A stretch of DNA of 63,937 bases, filler included, from Craspedostauros australis (GCA_030167865.1; 5 parts of 5 records of this genome joined end to end with filler, not necessarily neighbours in it), one strand, 5' to 3'; positions 13,179-26,568 are shown, counted from the whole stretch's first letter. Made by a program: numbers and translations. The notes: a model not told the origin generated them from the letters alone.

Positions 13179-14075
13179 GGTGATGTTGTTGAAGCTGCTG
13201 TTATTGCCGCCGCCGCTGCTGATGCCTTTGCTGTTGTGATGGGGGAGGGTGCGGATACGGAGTTGATGCAGCTGATGTGGTCGATGTATTATGGCATGAA
13301 TCGATTCTTTCTCTCTGTCTTCGGCCGCTATTTGGAACTACTGGTTAGCACAGAACTATTGTGCGAGTAGCTCGCATGAGTATGACCCGAGCTTGAGCAT
13401 GAGCAGCAGGAGTGCGATTGTGCCTGTTGCGTTGCTTTCGGGACCAGCGCCAGGTCAGGTTGGAATCAGTGGAAATGCTCTGTCCTGGGACATCCTCGCA
13501 GTAATTTGCAGACCGGGCAGATTCGCTCTGTGACCACGATGACGGAAGCAGTTTTTGGGCAGAGAATGTGGGTTTGACGAAGTTCTGTTTCCAGCGTGCG
13601 AACAGGCAAAAAAGGCGAAAAAGCCGCATGCACGATGATGACGATGGAGGGAAAAGCGCGTGTCCAGGAGTTAACGTGTCGCACATTTGACTCGCATGAT
13701 TAAACATGGGTATCTTCGATTCGTGTGAACACCAACTCCATGTTCACACATACGTCTGGCATGCAACCGGGTACATCCACAACCAACAAGAGAAAAGTTG
13801 ATTCGGCGCAAATTGCGATGTTCGTCATCATTCTTCTTCGTGCGCAGTACGACTTACCTTCATTCAGGCGACAGCATCCCTCAGACACATGCTGCATCTC
13901 CATCTGTGTCTCTTCCATCTTGATCCCTGTGCGTGCAATCAACAAGGAAGCGCACCGTAACTACGTCCGATTCGTCTCCAGGGTCGTCGCAATCCTCGAC
14001 TCCGTCTTCATCTCCATCTCCATCACCGTTTCTCTCATTCCGCTGCTTTGGGACAAACATCCAAGACAATTCGCC

Positions 14076-15038
14076 ATGGTGGACTTCAATGCAACTGGAT
14101 TTGATGCCGTCGGCAGCTTCTTCGGCACATCGGAAGGCGACGCAACTGCCGCGGAGATCCACAGCGTCCCATCCAAGCAGCCAGCTACCGGAACGAAGGG
14201 CCGTTCCAGAAGCGGCGTGGGTTATTCCGCTGCTGCGGCAACGACGTCGACCACGCAAAATGAAATGAAGAAGCTTCTGAAGGTCGGATCCAAGCGGCAT
14301 GAGAACGATGACGATGATGCCGTGCCACGCCGCAACAAACAGCACAATGATGACGAAGACGAAGGACGCACGGGAATCGCTGCGACTTCGTCACGGTCCA
14401 AAAAGAAAGCAGATCTGCGCAGCCATCAGACGAAAAGTCACGAGAGGCGAACGAAAGCGAAAGCCAATGCTGCGGAATCTGCGACGGCCAATACAAATGC
14501 GAATGCAAAGAACGGGCAATCAGACACGGCACAGCATCAGCCTGGTAATGACGCTGCTGCTGATGAGTATGACGGGTATGCGGAGGACGCACAAAAGTAC
14601 AAACGAAGGCGTCGCAAGGTTCGCAGCAGACAAAAGAACATCTACAAGGACAATCGATCGCTGGAGGAAAAGCCGAGGCATCTGATTCCAGGCAAACGAG
14701 GTTATCAGGGACGTCCGCTGACGTTGGCAACCCGGCAAAAGTTGGACCTTCCCGAATCCAACGCCTCCAAGAATTCGCACAAATACATCCAGCAACAGCA
14801 AAATTCCGGATCGAACGAACATAGCAACGATAAGAGCGGCAACAATGATGGCAACGACGACGGTGACGGGGAAGATTTTGGCTTCGAGGTACCGGAGTTG
14901 GGAATTGACGATTTGCTGGGCGAGCCTGTGGGAAGCAAGGAACCAGCCAAGCCAACTACGAAAGCGGCGGGCAAACGGAAATCCAAAAAGAAATCATCTT
15001 CCAAGGCAAAGCGATCCAAGTACAAGAACTTGGCCTGA
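14076..15038 (+). CDS. Hypothetical Lys/Arg-rich, probably nuclear/nucleolar protein
   Basis: Open frame of 320 codons from ATG 14076 ([10 protein letters not shown]). Basic block '[19 protein letters not shown]' and a Lys-rich tail. Confidence 0.7.
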   Translation: MVDFNATGFDAVGSFFGTSEGDATAAEIHSVPSKQPATGTKGRSRSGVGYSAAAATTSTTQNEMKKLLKVGSKRHENDDDDAVPRRNKQHNDDEDEGRTGIAATSSRSKKKADLRSHQTKSHERRTKAKANAAESATANTNANAKNGQSDTAQHQPGNDAAADEYDGYAEDAQKYKRRRRKVRSRQKNIYKDNRSLEEKPRHLIPGKRGYQGRPLTLATRQKLDLPESNASKNSHKYIQQQQNSGSNEHSNDKSGNNDGNDDGDGEDFGFEVPELGIDDLLGEPVGSKEPAKPTTKAAGKRKSKKKSSSKAKRSKYKNLA

Positions 15039-15529
15039 TTACTATACGCCGATGCTATAGCGCTACCACTATGGTGATGGAACGGGGCAACGTGCGGTGA
15101 AGCGACCACACAATCGTTGCGTTTCGTCTCTGTCGATCCATGATCTTCCAACGGGCACAACAGCATAACGCCCTGAAGTTTAATTGCGACGAATCCTGTA
15201 CTATCCGTAACACAAAGCATAGCGCGCTCCATGGGCACGTACTCGTATTACGAGTAGTACACAGCTGCTGTCGCATCCGATGAGTGCGAAGAAAGCCTCA
15301 CCATGCATTGCACTCGTGGAGTGGTGTAGTCAATGGTGTTATATTACTTTAGTTTACGTTGTTTAGAGTGCTCTACAGATTTATTCTATGTTCATTGATC
15401 TACTGGTGGCGCACGATCGCCAACCGGTCACGGGGGAAGCCTCGAATCCTGCGCAGGAAGCATCCATACAGATGGTGTGGATCTACAAAAAGCGCCGCGG
15501 CGCATGTCCAACATGTGACACCACCCTCG

Positions 15530-16531
15530 CTAAATGCAATCTTCTCCAGCAGCACGGATGCGAGCCATGAAGAGGTCGGTCAGGCGGTTGCTGCCTTGCA
15601 GCTTGGCCGATTTGACGATGTCGGAGACGCCCTTGTCCCAGATCTCTTCGTAGGACTTGATCAGCCCGGTCTTGGGACATCGCTTCATGATGACGGTTCC
15701 ACTGAGGAAGCACTTCGGCGAGAAGGGGCCGCGGAAGGTCAGATCTTCTTCGTACCGGAAGGTCACGTCGTGCCGTGTCACCTGCAAAGTGCCCGGGATG
15801 AGGCGCGCTTGGCATTCGGACGCACGGAAGAGCATGCGGCAGCCGCGCACCCATTGATCGCGGAAGTACCGTCCATCCAGATCGGAGCCATCCTTGAAGG
15901 TGGCGTACTCGTCGTAGATCGATCTGGTGATGTCCGCCGTGACAAGGGCCTTCTTCTCGATGATGTCGTTGACGATGATCTTGGCGAGCTGCTCGTCGGG
16001 GAGGTTGTACTGTTTCTTCTCCCCGTTGTTGGTCGCAACAGCCACCACGATCATGGAATGCAACCACGCGCGACGCGACGTGGACGTTGACGGGAGGCTC
16101 TTCTCGACGTCCACCATCTTGCGGAAGGCAGCGTCTTGGGTGTGCTTCCGTTGCTGCTGCTGGTATTGTCCGAGCTGCTTGGTCCGCGAGCACCAGAGGG
16201 GGTCCAGGGATGCCGCGCCTGCTTCTGCTCGCTCCTGAGCTGTGCTCGGCGAGATGGAGCGCTGTTCGCTGACAGCTTGGATGGCGGTCCTGGCCTCGCG
16301 GAACATCGCCAGTCGAGACGTTGACGGAGCGTCGGACTCCAATGTGCTCACGAATAGCTTCCCGTTCCTGCCATCCGCCGCTCTGGTGGTTGAGGGCATC
16401 ATTGTCGGCAGCTTTGCAACAAGTGCGTCTGCTCGGCTGTCGTACCATGCTGTTGCAAGGACGACAAATCCGAGAGTGCAGAGGAGCTTCATGGTCGGTG
16501 AAGACGGCTTGCTGTTTCCTATTCGTACCAT
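15530..16531 (-). CDS. DUF2358 / NTF2-like protein, probably plastid-targeted (start 16531 or 16492)
   Basis: Signal-peptide-like 'MKLLCTLGFVVLATA'. Core 'LVTADITRSIYDEYATFKDGSD...GLIKSYEEIWD' resembles DUF2358/SnoaL-like proteins. Confidence 0.7.
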   Translation of the reverse strand: MVRIGNSKPSSPTMKLLCTLGFVVLATAWYDSRADALVAKLPTMMPSTTRAADGRNGKLFVSTLESDAPSTSRLAMFREARTAIQAVSEQRSISPSTAQERAEAGAASLDPLWCSRTKQLGQYQQQQRKHTQDAAFRKMVDVEKSLPSTSTSRRAWLHSMIVVAVATNNGEKKQYNLPDEQLAKIIVNDIIEKKALVTADITRSIYDEYATFKDGSDLDGRYFRDQWVRGCRMLFRASECQARLIPGTLQVTRHDVTFRYEEDLTFRGPFSPKCFLSGTVIMKRCPKTGLIKSYEEIWDKGVSDIVKSAKLQGSNRLTDLFMARIRAAGEDCI

Positions 16532-19500
16532 TGCAGAATCGCTTGTGAGGTTCAGAACTTCTGAAGTTGTGATCGAAGTGCAATACAAGTGTAATGTGTA
16601 TTCCTCGTTGGACAGTATGGTGTGGAATGGTATGGTATGATGTGTATGCGTCGTCTGCGGCGTGATGCAATGTAAGATGACAAGATGTGATGTCTCGCGA
16701 GTACTGATCAGCAGGCAGGCAGCTGGACAGGCAATGCGTGTACTGCTTTTGAAATCGATTCGGTTGGAAAGTGGAAGTTTGACCGAGACATGCAAATACG
16801 AGCGGATGCGCAATGATCGTAAGGGGATATGTGCAGCGGAATGGTTGGGTGAAGAGGTGTGGGCACTGGTGAGAGCTTGGTCGGGTGTTGTTTGATGTTA
16901 TGTCATGGACTCGTTTGCCATGCTCTGCCGTCTTGCGCGCAAACAACAGCAAGAATCTGCGAGAAGTGGATTGGCACCGTCACATCAGAATTTTCGGTTG
17001 GTGTTGGCGGAAGAATGTGACAACAGGTACTGCGAAAAGTACGAGTACAGTCAAGTCATTAAGCAGAAAGGCTCCACCAGTCACGGGAAGAAAAACAACG
17101 GGCGAACATCGCTCTTTGCGACAATGACCATGGCGAACTGTTCTTCCGTTCAACTTGGGCGACCTTGGACACTCACCCAAACATGCCGCACGAACATCAC
17201 CTTCCCGTGAAGGTCTGCAGAGCACGAGTTTGGCAAGACACCCCACCCCACCACGTCGCCGTCTCACAACACCCCTCCCCTGCCTCTTGAACTCGACCAG
17301 TGCGCTACTGGCATTGCACCAGCGCGAACTGAGGCGGGGCTGCGTTCGGAAAGTGCACCGTTGTGTGTGGCTTGCACCTGAAAACGCGAGGTTGCGAAGG
17401 AACCGATCGTGGCGGGTCACCATTTATGCAGCAGCTTTCATGGCCCAAATCTGTCATTGCTTCGAATCCAACTCACTTACTGGTTTGTCTGTCTGCGTCG
17501 AGGTTAGATCTGCAACTCTTATCCTACGCTGGTGGATAGGCTTGTATGTTCCTTGCCTTTGTCTTGGCTTTGCGTTTGTGCGATTTGGTTTGTTTTGTCC
17601 TGATTCTTGGCTGAAGCGGCTCTCGTGACAATGACGATGATGGCAGGGCAGCGCGGCACCGGCGATTTTTGTGGAATCACGGCGATGGTCGGTGACGAGG
17701 AGAGCAGAGAGGCAGGAGATCTGCTGCTTTGTTGCCCTTTGATTGCTGCTGCGAGATTATGACTGATGGATGCTGACAACTTGCTGACAACTTGCCGACT
17801 TCTTGCTGACTACAGGTTGATGCGGCGCCGATTGGTTCTGATGGCAATCGTATCCGTATCAGATCTCGTTCCGATTTCAATTTTTGAAAATCAATCCGTG
17901 TTGTGCATTGGTGCAGAATCGCGTTTTGTGTGAGGAGTCGGAATTTGTTGGTTGTCAAATGGCGATGATGATGGATCCAGAATCATTTTGTGAGCCTTCT
18001 GCTCTTTCCCCAGAACATCGACTCCTTTGGTTCGGCGTCCTTCGTGGTCGTGATGTCGTCTCTGAGGGCGCATGATTGTCGCGCGAAACAATTTGTTCTG
18101 CGACCATGCGACGTCAACAAGAACAAACATTGAAAGTTCTGCCGCATCACCGCAGCCCTTGGAGAGTTCCGAGTCAACAAGAGACTATTAATAACGACGT
18201 CAATCAGAGTACTGCGTACGAGTATCCTTCGCACCAGTATTCTGACACCCTCTACACCAAAAGCGACAAATCGTTCGTAAGACTGCCACATCTTCGAGCG
18301 GAGTGCTCGCTGTTCTTTTCTTCCACGAATAGATTGGCGATGGCGCGATTGATGGTCATGCATGATCCCGTCTCCTTGTGATGTTTGGCTCTGCGGAGGA
18401 ACTCCCACGTACTTCAGGTCGCACCTCCCTCTCCTCCATCACCTGAATGCGTGCTCTCTCTCTCTCTCTCTCTTCGTCATCGATTGAATACCTACAAACA
18501 CGAGCTACAAACACAAGCACAACACGAGCATGCGCGTGCCAAACTCGTGCATTGCATTGCCATGGATCCGGCAGAGACTCGGCACTTCGAAACAAAGCAA
18601 CCGCAGTGCCATGTGCAGAGTGCATTGGCTAGTGAGAGTTGCAAAGACGAGAGATCTGCAAACTTCTCTCTGCTCATCAACCCGAATACTATGCTACATG
18701 TATGGTCGCTGTTCTCTTCCGTTTTTCATCGCAGACCTGCATCGCCAAGGATACGCGCCAACCACTTTTTGTCTTCGTCTTGGATCGATGCACATTGAGA
18801 CTTTAACTGACAATAGTCCGGTATGATTTAGCATGGATCGATTGGCCTGAGTTTCGTTCAGGATTTGCTATGGTCTTACCAGGGTGGCTTGGTTATTGTC
18901 TTCCACACAGCTGTGGGACGCAACGGCGCTCATTGGCAGCTGTCAGGCATGTACACTGTCGTCCAGGGTGGTGGTTGGAGACGCTCATGAGAAGGAAGGG
19001 GCGATGAAGAAGGAAGGGGTGGAAATGGAGATGATTTGAAATTGAAATGGAGAAGTGGCGGTGTCTTTGCGAAGTTGCAACAAGTTTGCATAGTACAATG
19101 GCGGTGATGACACCATCACTCTGCGAGCGAATGGCAAGACACTGGGCTGGCATTGCACTGGTCGACACTCGACGACATTAGTTGTTTCAGCAGTCATGAC
19201 CATAACGACCTCTAAAATGTGGCCAACTGCGGCTCGATTGTTGTTTGGTGAATGACCCATGGACGAACTGTTCCATAGAATCGTGCGTGGCACGCTACCG
19301 TTGCCGAAATGTCACGTTTGGACAAAATAACGACCGCTCCCAACAGTCTATTTGTTCCATGATCGCCACGACTGGCACCGTCTATGTCTTGTGGAAGCTG
19401 CAGAGTCAACAAAGTGTAAGAGAACTGTCGGGGGCCGATCGCCGGTGCTTAAGTGTGGGACGTGCATTTCGGGCCCCCGCGAAAAGAAGTTGTGACTGCG

Positions 19501-20457
19501 AAGTACACGGTTTTGAGCATGTGGGGCATTTGTTGAGCAATGCCAAACTTCACCTCGTTTGCGCAGAGCCGGCTCCCTTCATTCAGAATAGAAACGCAAA
19601 CTGGGGACGTGTCGTTGTCTATCTACGCTCTCCTTTGTTCTGATCAACAGAACATACTACTACACATACGATACCAAGGAGTCTCGCAACACGTCGACAA
19701 CTGAAGCACGATCAAGACCAAGACCGAAAGAGGGCAGAGAAGAAACAGAAGAAACAGAACAAGCCAGGAGGAGTAGCATCATCACAAGGCATCGCAGAGG
19801 AGCGACTCGGTAAGTACATGGTGCCGATGCAAAGCAAAGCAATGCGAAGAGAACACAACATCGCGAGGAGAGGGAGCAGAGAGAGCGGAAGGAAAGGCGC
19901 CCCAAGACCAACCTCACCTTCATCTCACAAATTAACACCCGCGCCATAGAATCATTTTATTCGCACCAAGGGCAAAGGTGAGGGACAAATTGACAGACGT
20001 CGACGTTCTTGTGAACAACCAAACCTGCGGGCTGTCGCTCTTCACGGTTCGGGACAACCTTGCCACACTGTCACTTGCGGAACATCTATGGTCCAAACCC
20101 ATCACCACGCAAAGTTCGGCCGAAACTGTTCGGGTGGATGATAGCGTCGCGTGTCAGCCATCATCACAGCACAATCAACACCGCTGTCGCACCGCATTGC
20201 CACACTCTGGTCAACAGGGGGTGACAACAGCGCGATAGAACGTCTGCGTATTTTCATCCACACGAACACCAACAATTCTCACTCACCACCGGTCCTCTTG
20301 TCCTCTCTTTTTGTCACAAAAAACAAATTCCGACACAAGTTCTTTCCCAAAAACCAACAGCATCATCTCCATCGTTGCGAGCCCCTTGCGAACACCAAAG
20401 GCAGCAGCAACAGGATTCGTATCATCATCACACAACATCACAACAACACACACAACA

Positions 20458-21849
20458 ATGACAACATCAACACCAACGACCACGGCAATGATGCCTACGA
20501 TGGCATTGGCTCGCAAGAGACAGCGGCAGAACCGGTGTCGACTGGCATCGCGCAGCAAGGTGATGTCGATTGCGCTCATGCTCATGACCGTTTCCATTCT
20601 CATCACAACATCTCAAGCATGGACGACAGCGAGCATGTCAACAGCCCACATGCGCCAGGGCCCTCCTCCAGCCACCACGGCGGCTCGCATCAGTCCAGAA
20701 CAGACACACGTCCTCGTCCTCCCAGGCTTTGCCACAGCAGCCAGCGACTACGTCGATGACCTCGTTCCCAATATTGCCCAGCAAGCTGTCGAAGCTGGGT
20801 GGTGGAGCAACGGCATCGACATGGCAGAAGCCATGGATCACATTCACGTTTTGCCACTTCAGCGACACGATTGGGCAAAAACGATTGCCTTCGGCATGTT
20901 CGATCTGGACTTCATGGCCTTCAAGGCCCCGCCGACCAAGTGGCCGTACCGATGGTACCTCCAGAAGGTCGCAAAGGAAGTCAAGAGAATCCAGGACCTC
21001 GCCAAGGAGCAAGGCACCACGGCAAAGATCATCCTGGTGGGGCATTCTGCTGGTGGCTGGCTTGCAAGGTGAGTATTCGTACGACTGCGGTCACTGTCTT
21101 CGCTTTGCTCTACTTCTGCGCTCGTCCCTTGTTGTGCTTTGTCTTCTCTCCCATCCACATGGTCGCCGCAAGCACTGCAGAAAACAGGCAGGCAATACGA
21201 CTGATATCGCACACAACGTACTCACACCTTCAACTCCAATCATTGTCCGACCCTACTCTATTCTCCCTCTTCCATCGCTTCATCATGATACAGAGCTGCC
21301 GTCGGCTATGGCATGGACAAGTCACGCGGCAACGATCTGCAGATCGACATCGACAGCATCCTGGGTATCGTGACCCTCGGATCTCCTCATGTCCCATGCC
21401 CCGAGGGCTGCGTGGACATCACCGGCGGCGCACTCCGCATCGTCCACGACGAGTTCCCAGGCGCCTTCCTCAACGATCGCCTCTTCTACGTCTCTGCTGC
21501 TGGATCTGCATTGAACGTCGAAGATGAGCAAATTGCCATGCCTTCCTCCGCCGACTCCTCGATGCAATCAGAGGCCGATCGCATGCTGGCATACCAGTCC
21601 TACAAGCTGCTTTCCGGTCAAGGCCATCAGGACGGCGATGGCATCGTCCCTCTCCCTCTCGCGCACCTGGAAGGCTCCAACCTCCAAATCACACTGCAAA
21701 ACGTGTTCCACACATCCATGTTGCATCAGCAACACCAACAGCATGGCTCGGCGGCATCGGCATCATGCTGGTACGGTTCGAAGGAGATCGTGCATCAGTG
21801 GTTCAACCCTGTGTTGCACAAGGTCTTGCCCGCCATGATGATGCAGTAG
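20458..21849 (+). CDS. Alpha/beta-hydrolase (PGAP1/lipase-like); intron 21069-21293; start codon uncertain
   Basis: Oxyanion 'VLVLPGF', nucleophile elbow GHSAGG, 'IVTLGSPH', 'GDGIVP' and His in 'VFH'. GTGAGT...CAG intron preserves the frame. Confidence 0.88.
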
Positions 21850-22399
21850 ACTTCTTGCATTCAGAGGTGACTGTCACCGCTGCGACTGCGCGCATTCATA
21901 CAATTTTGATAGAGAAATTATACTAGAGACAGAGCAACAATTAATCGGTCTTCCTGCGCAACCAGCACATCGACAGGGAGCGCCGCGAAGTAGAATGGTG
22001 GATCCAAAGCACACCCGAGGACAAGGCCCTTGTTGTCGTTGTGTGACTCTCATGGTTTGACTGTTCGACCGACCGAAAACGTCCGAAGGAGATGAAGTCT
22101 CGGGTCACGCACGCACAGTTTTTTGCCGTCTAATTTCCATCACAAAGGGAGACCTGCGGTTATGTCTTCCACCAGTACCGCACAAAACAGGCATGGGACC
22201 CTCGCCTCCGACAAACAAGGCACAGAAGCAAAGCGTTCCAACCAGGATGACCGCGGACGGAAGTGATGTTCTCTGGGATCGTGACCGCAGACTTCGTGGG
22301 TTGCCAAAACAAAAATATCTTTCGTTTGTATCAACGTGCAAGGACATCTGGAGAGCTATCTATCAATACGATCTACCATGCTCTACTCTGCTCTGTGAA

Positions 22400-24142
22400 T
22401 CAATGCTCCACCTTCGCTGCGTGCATTCTTCGACCGGAACATTGGGATCGACAGCGCGTGCGCCTTTCACCATGCTTGAGCCTCAGGTACGCCTCCAACG
22501 CATGATCTGGTGGTGCCAAATCCATACGCCCAAGGATGAAGATCTCGTACGCATCAGCCGCGTACTCACCGCAGTAGTACAGATTCCGAATCTCATCGCG
22601 GGTGAATGTTGGGACGAGGGAGTTGTCATCTGCCCTCTTCTCCTCCATCGGTTGCCTTTGTTTCGATTGCAGCAGAGCGACGAATTCATGACAAAAACGA
22701 ACAATACCTCGCGCTCGTCGCTGGTGCATTCCGAGAGGCTGGATGAGTTGCTCCAGCTTGCTCATATCGCCGGAAGCATTATGGTCATGGATCACGGAGG
22801 AAGACGTTGGCCACAGCTGAAAGAATTGATGGAGGATGTGATCGACTTGCGTACGTCGTGTTCGATTGAGAAAAATGGTGGATATCAGCAGCCTCCACGG
22901 GTCATCCGCGAACAGTTCCTCCAGCAACCCAAGCCGCGATTCGATCTGGAACATGGAGGATGGCGCAATGCAAGAATGGCTGTCAGCATCATGGAGCGTT
23001 TGCGTTGGAAAGAATTGGCTTTGGATCGCTTTGATGGATGGAAGGTCGTTGGATTGGCTCGTCGAGGAGTCCAACCGTCCATGAATGGATGCGGCTGGGT
23101 TTTGTTTCTGTTGCTGGCGCAAATGGAGAAAAATCTGATTCATGGTACCGAACCGAAGTCCTTGGTCTTTGTGAACGAATTCAGTCGGGCACCTTCGGGT
23201 AGAAGGATTGGAATGATCATTCCTTGTTCTTCTCTTTGATTGTGGTTGTGATTGTGATTGGGGCTGTTGCTGTTGCTTTGGTATTCCTGTATGATCCGTC
23301 GAAGACTCCACCGAAACTTGTGGGTCGTCATGACTCGAGCTGGAACCGTCGCCGCCTTCATCGCCGTCGCCACCTTCGTCTTGAGTTGCTGTCTCAACAG
23401 GAGTATCTTCGCACGCTCTGCTATCACTATCGCTGCGGTCTCGCGTTTGGGAATTCATAGCTCCATCTTCTCGTGTTCCCATGTCCACAAGCTTGCAGGT
23501 CCATCCCTGCAGCATCGTGTCCACCGAAGAGAGCTGATGCGTTCCTGGCATGCCGCATTCATCATCTTGGAATGCCATCATCCTTCGGAGGAAGATCCAT
23601 TCCCGCGATGGTGCGTATGCCTTCAGAAAGCACCGATGCATGCACAGGTGACGCACAGCCGGAGTCTTCCAAAAGGCTCGTTCCGCAACGTCGCGGCATG
23701 TCGTTGCGGGGACTTCGCTCTTCTCCTCCTCTTTCTTCGTGCCGCAATTCGATTCGATCGCAGCCGCAGCGAAACCTGTCGCGAATTCCTTTTGAAAGAT
23801 GGGACACATACGGAATGCTCGCGTCGCTGTATCGATGTATTCCTGACATGGTTGGCATGGCCGAATCCCGCTGCTTCCAACCGAACCATCCTGCGATCGT
23901 TGGCATCGCTCCGTCACTGCCGCGGCAGTTCCATCTTGTGCTTCAACCCAGGTCTCGGAGAGGTATGGTCCCAACCTTTGAAGAGAGCCATGTGGCGAGG
24001 TTGGCGATGTGCTGAAATGCTTGCTCGTCTTGAACACCTTCGATGATCGACAGCTCGATGGTCCGAATTTGGGAAAGTACGGGCTGCGCTTCAAACAGCC
24101 GACAGTGCCACCGCTGCGGCTCCCTCTCTTGCGGCCTGTCAT
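22400..24142 (-). CDS. MBD4: MBD4-like HhH-GPD DNA glycosylase (G:T mismatch); start codon uncertain
   Basis: C-terminal 'GLLEELFADDPWRLLISTIFLNRT...LIQPLGMHQRRA...GEYAADAYEIF...DHALEAY' matches the MBD4 glycosylase domain. Confidence 0.88.
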   Translation of the reverse strand: MTGRKRGSRSGGTVGCLKRSPYFPKFGPSSCRSSKVFKTSKHFSTSPTSPHGSLQRLGPYLSETWVEAQDGTAAAVTERCQRSQDGSVGSSGIRPCQPCQEYIDTATRAFRMCPIFQKEFATGFAAAAIESNCGTKKEEEKSEVPATTCRDVAERAFWKTPAVRHLCMHRCFLKAYAPSREWIFLRRMMAFQDDECGMPGTHQLSSVDTMLQGWTCKLVDMGTREDGAMNSQTRDRSDSDSRACEDTPVETATQDEGGDGDEGGDGSSSSHDDPQVSVESSTDHTGIPKQQQQPQSQSQPQSKRRTRNDHSNPSTRRCPTEFVHKDQGLRFGTMNQIFLHLRQQQKQNPAASIHGRLDSSTSQSNDLPSIKAIQSQFFPTQTLHDADSHSCIAPSSMFQIESRLGLLEELFADDPWRLLISTIFLNRTRRTQVDHILHQFFQLWPTSSSVIHDHNASGDMSKLEQLIQPLGMHQRRARGIVRFCHEFVALLQSKQRQPMEEKRADDNSLVPTFTRDEIRNLYYCGEYAADAYEIFILGRMDLAPPDHALEAYLRLKHGERRTRCRSQCSGRRMHAAKVEH

Positions 24143-24691
24143 GCTCCCCTCTCTCTTTCCTCTTTGTCTCTCTCTCTTCTTGGAAAATGATGCAAGCACG
24201 TCACTCCAAAGTCCTCCTCTCGCGAGGTGCCATTCATGACCTTGCGATGCGCCATGGTGGGCATTCCCTGCGTTGTGCCCTTGTGGGATGGATCCATCCA
24301 CACACCAAAAACAAGACACAAGACGCACCTTGCGTTGATGGATGCGTTGTTTTTGTTGATTCGTGATTCTTGTTGTTTGTTTCGGTGTCTTCGTTTCCAG
24401 TCATTGATAATGAAGCTAAATAAGTCTGAAAAGGTGTCTTCGCCCACGATTCAGAAGTCATCAGCAGTCGCGGAAAGGAAGAAACGACAATCTTGTGACC
24501 GCAACAACACCAACACCAACGATGCTGGCGACGACAACAACCACAGAGTACGAGGATGAGTATGAGGATGACATCATACCTACTATACTCCGCCAAGCAT
24601 CCATCTCTACTCTGCGAGGACAACGCAACAGAAGGAGGACGGATGTACCGCATTGGATGACCTACTAATACATCTCCAACGACACCATCCC

Positions 24692-26056
24692 ATGCAGAAT
24701 TCGAAAGCGCGGCGCCAGATGGCTGTCCTGCTGGTCGTTGCGCTGGGGGCATGCTTGGCGCCATTCCTGCTAACGCGTTCGCAGCTGTTGGTTGTGCCAT
24801 CAACGGCGGTCAGCGTGTACGTCGCCAGAGATGGAGAGTCCGGCAACGGGACATATCCAACTGATTCCGAGCTGAAGGTTTACATGGATCGACGAGGTGA
24901 TCCAGCACCAGAACATGCCTATTCTATCTTCACAACGGGCGCGATGCAACGGTACGGAGGCGGGTCGCTGCGCTACGGTCTGCGCAAATCCAACCTGTCA
25001 AGGAAAAAATTCCAAACGGAGATCGGTCCCAAGGCGGAACCGCCGTGTCTCCTGATCAGCAGGGAGCTCGCTGCCGTCGAAATTCGGGATCAGTTCGCGC
25101 CGCATTGCAGAGTCATGATCGCGTACGATGAATTCTGCAAGACGTTCCATCAACCCGGCGTGGACTTTCGAGGGTTCTACAGTCATGTTGGTGGAAATGG
25201 TACGGCTGCTGCTAATGCCACCGGTGCGGGCGCGGTGCGCTCCAAGCCGTTGTACATTCCACTGGGGCCGCGCTTAGACTTCTGGAACGCATTCCAACAC
25301 CACTTATCCAACAGGACAGTTATCAATGCCAATAGCAATGTCAAAAACGGCAACAGTAACAGCAACGACGATGGCGATGATGACAGCGACGACGCTCACA
25401 CCCGCAACAACCACGACAATGACGATCGCAGCAACGACAACACCAATGTTGATGGTATGCATATCCGATCCGCCACAGGAATCGTGGTACCGAAATCATC
25501 GCATCGCAACACTATATTCAACGCGGTCTTCTCAACCACAACGTCACACACGAGGAAAGGACTCAAGGAACTGTTGATCAACGGGTCCATCCCATTGGAC
25601 ATAACGGAGAGATCGTTCATTCACATTGCGAAATACTGGACGAAAGAACTGCACAAAGGTCATATCCAGTCCAATGACTATGCCACAAAGCTCTTGGATT
25701 CCGTCTTCACGTTGTCCCCGCTGGGTCACAACCCGGAGTCGTTTCGTATGTTCGAGGCGATGGAGGCCGGCAGCATCCCGATCATCGCCTTGAACGGATC
25801 TTACCACAGACATCGGTGCATCCTCGCGCTGCATCCGATGTTGGATGAAAGCTTGCCGTACGGGCCGGCACCGATGATTGTGCTGTCCGATTGGAATGAG
25901 CTACCAGATACGATACAGCAACTGTCACAATCATTGAGGGACAATCCGCAAGACTTGGATGATCGACAGGCGAAGCTGATGACCTGGTACGATGCCTTCA
26001 TGAGGGATCGTGCTGCCCGGTTCGAGGACTTGATGCGCATTCCAGTGCGGGCCTGA
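24692..26056 (+). CDS. Type II membrane glycosyltransferase, exostosin/GT47 or RXYLT1-like
   Basis: N-terminal TM anchor 'MAVLLVVALGACLAPFLL'. C-terminal 'SVFTLSPLGHNPESFRMFEAMEAGSIPII' is the GT47-like motif. Confidence 0.82.
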   Translation: MQNSKARRQMAVLLVVALGACLAPFLLTRSQLLVVPSTAVSVYVARDGESGNGTYPTDSELKVYMDRRGDPAPEHAYSIFTTGAMQRYGGGSLRYGLRKSNLSRKKFQTEIGPKAEPPCLLISRELAAVEIRDQFAPHCRVMIAYDEFCKTFHQPGVDFRGFYSHVGGNGTAAANATGAGAVRSKPLYIPLGPRLDFWNAFQHHLSNRTVINANSNVKNGNSNSNDDGDDDSDDAHTRNNHDNDDRSNDNTNVDGMHIRSATGIVVPKSSHRNTIFNAVFSTTTSHTRKGLKELLINGSIPLDITERSFIHIAKYWTKELHKGHIQSNDYATKLLDSVFTLSPLGHNPESFRMFEAMEAGSIPIIALNGSYHRHRCILALHPMLDESLPYGPAPMIVLSDWNELPDTIQQLSQSLRDNPQDLDDRQAKLMTWYDAFMRDRAARFEDLMRIPVRA

Positions 26057-26568
26057 TGAACGATCGTGTTGGCTCGTAGTTGTTCGGGGAAGCAATAGCA
26101 GAGTATTCTAGAGAGAATGCAACTGCTGATACTGCTGCTGCTGCTGCTGCTGCTGTATTGCGTTTGGATTGCTTGTGAAGTACAATGTGCTAGTGCTTGT
26201 ATAAGTTAGCTTCGCCTCCGAAGCGACAGCCTGACGTGGAAGTGGAAGTGATTGCGATCTGTACTTGATGATAGACTATCCATACGGCTATGTACCATGT
26301 TGTAAAAATGTACTTGTGGAATGAACGGCAACCTTATCGCACACTCATGTTTTGGTGAGGAGCTTGAAGCCTGAGTGAGGATTGATGGCCGCGACTCACA
26401 CCATCACCCCAGACCGCATCAAACGAACAAGAATCCTCACATTCGGCAGCCATCAGCGGTTGGAATCGATGCGATAAGTGCATCGAATTGCAAAGTACGA
26501 GCACTACTCTGCATCGTACTCCCACCAACACAGGAACACATACTCGTACTCGTGCGCATCTGCCCTTG

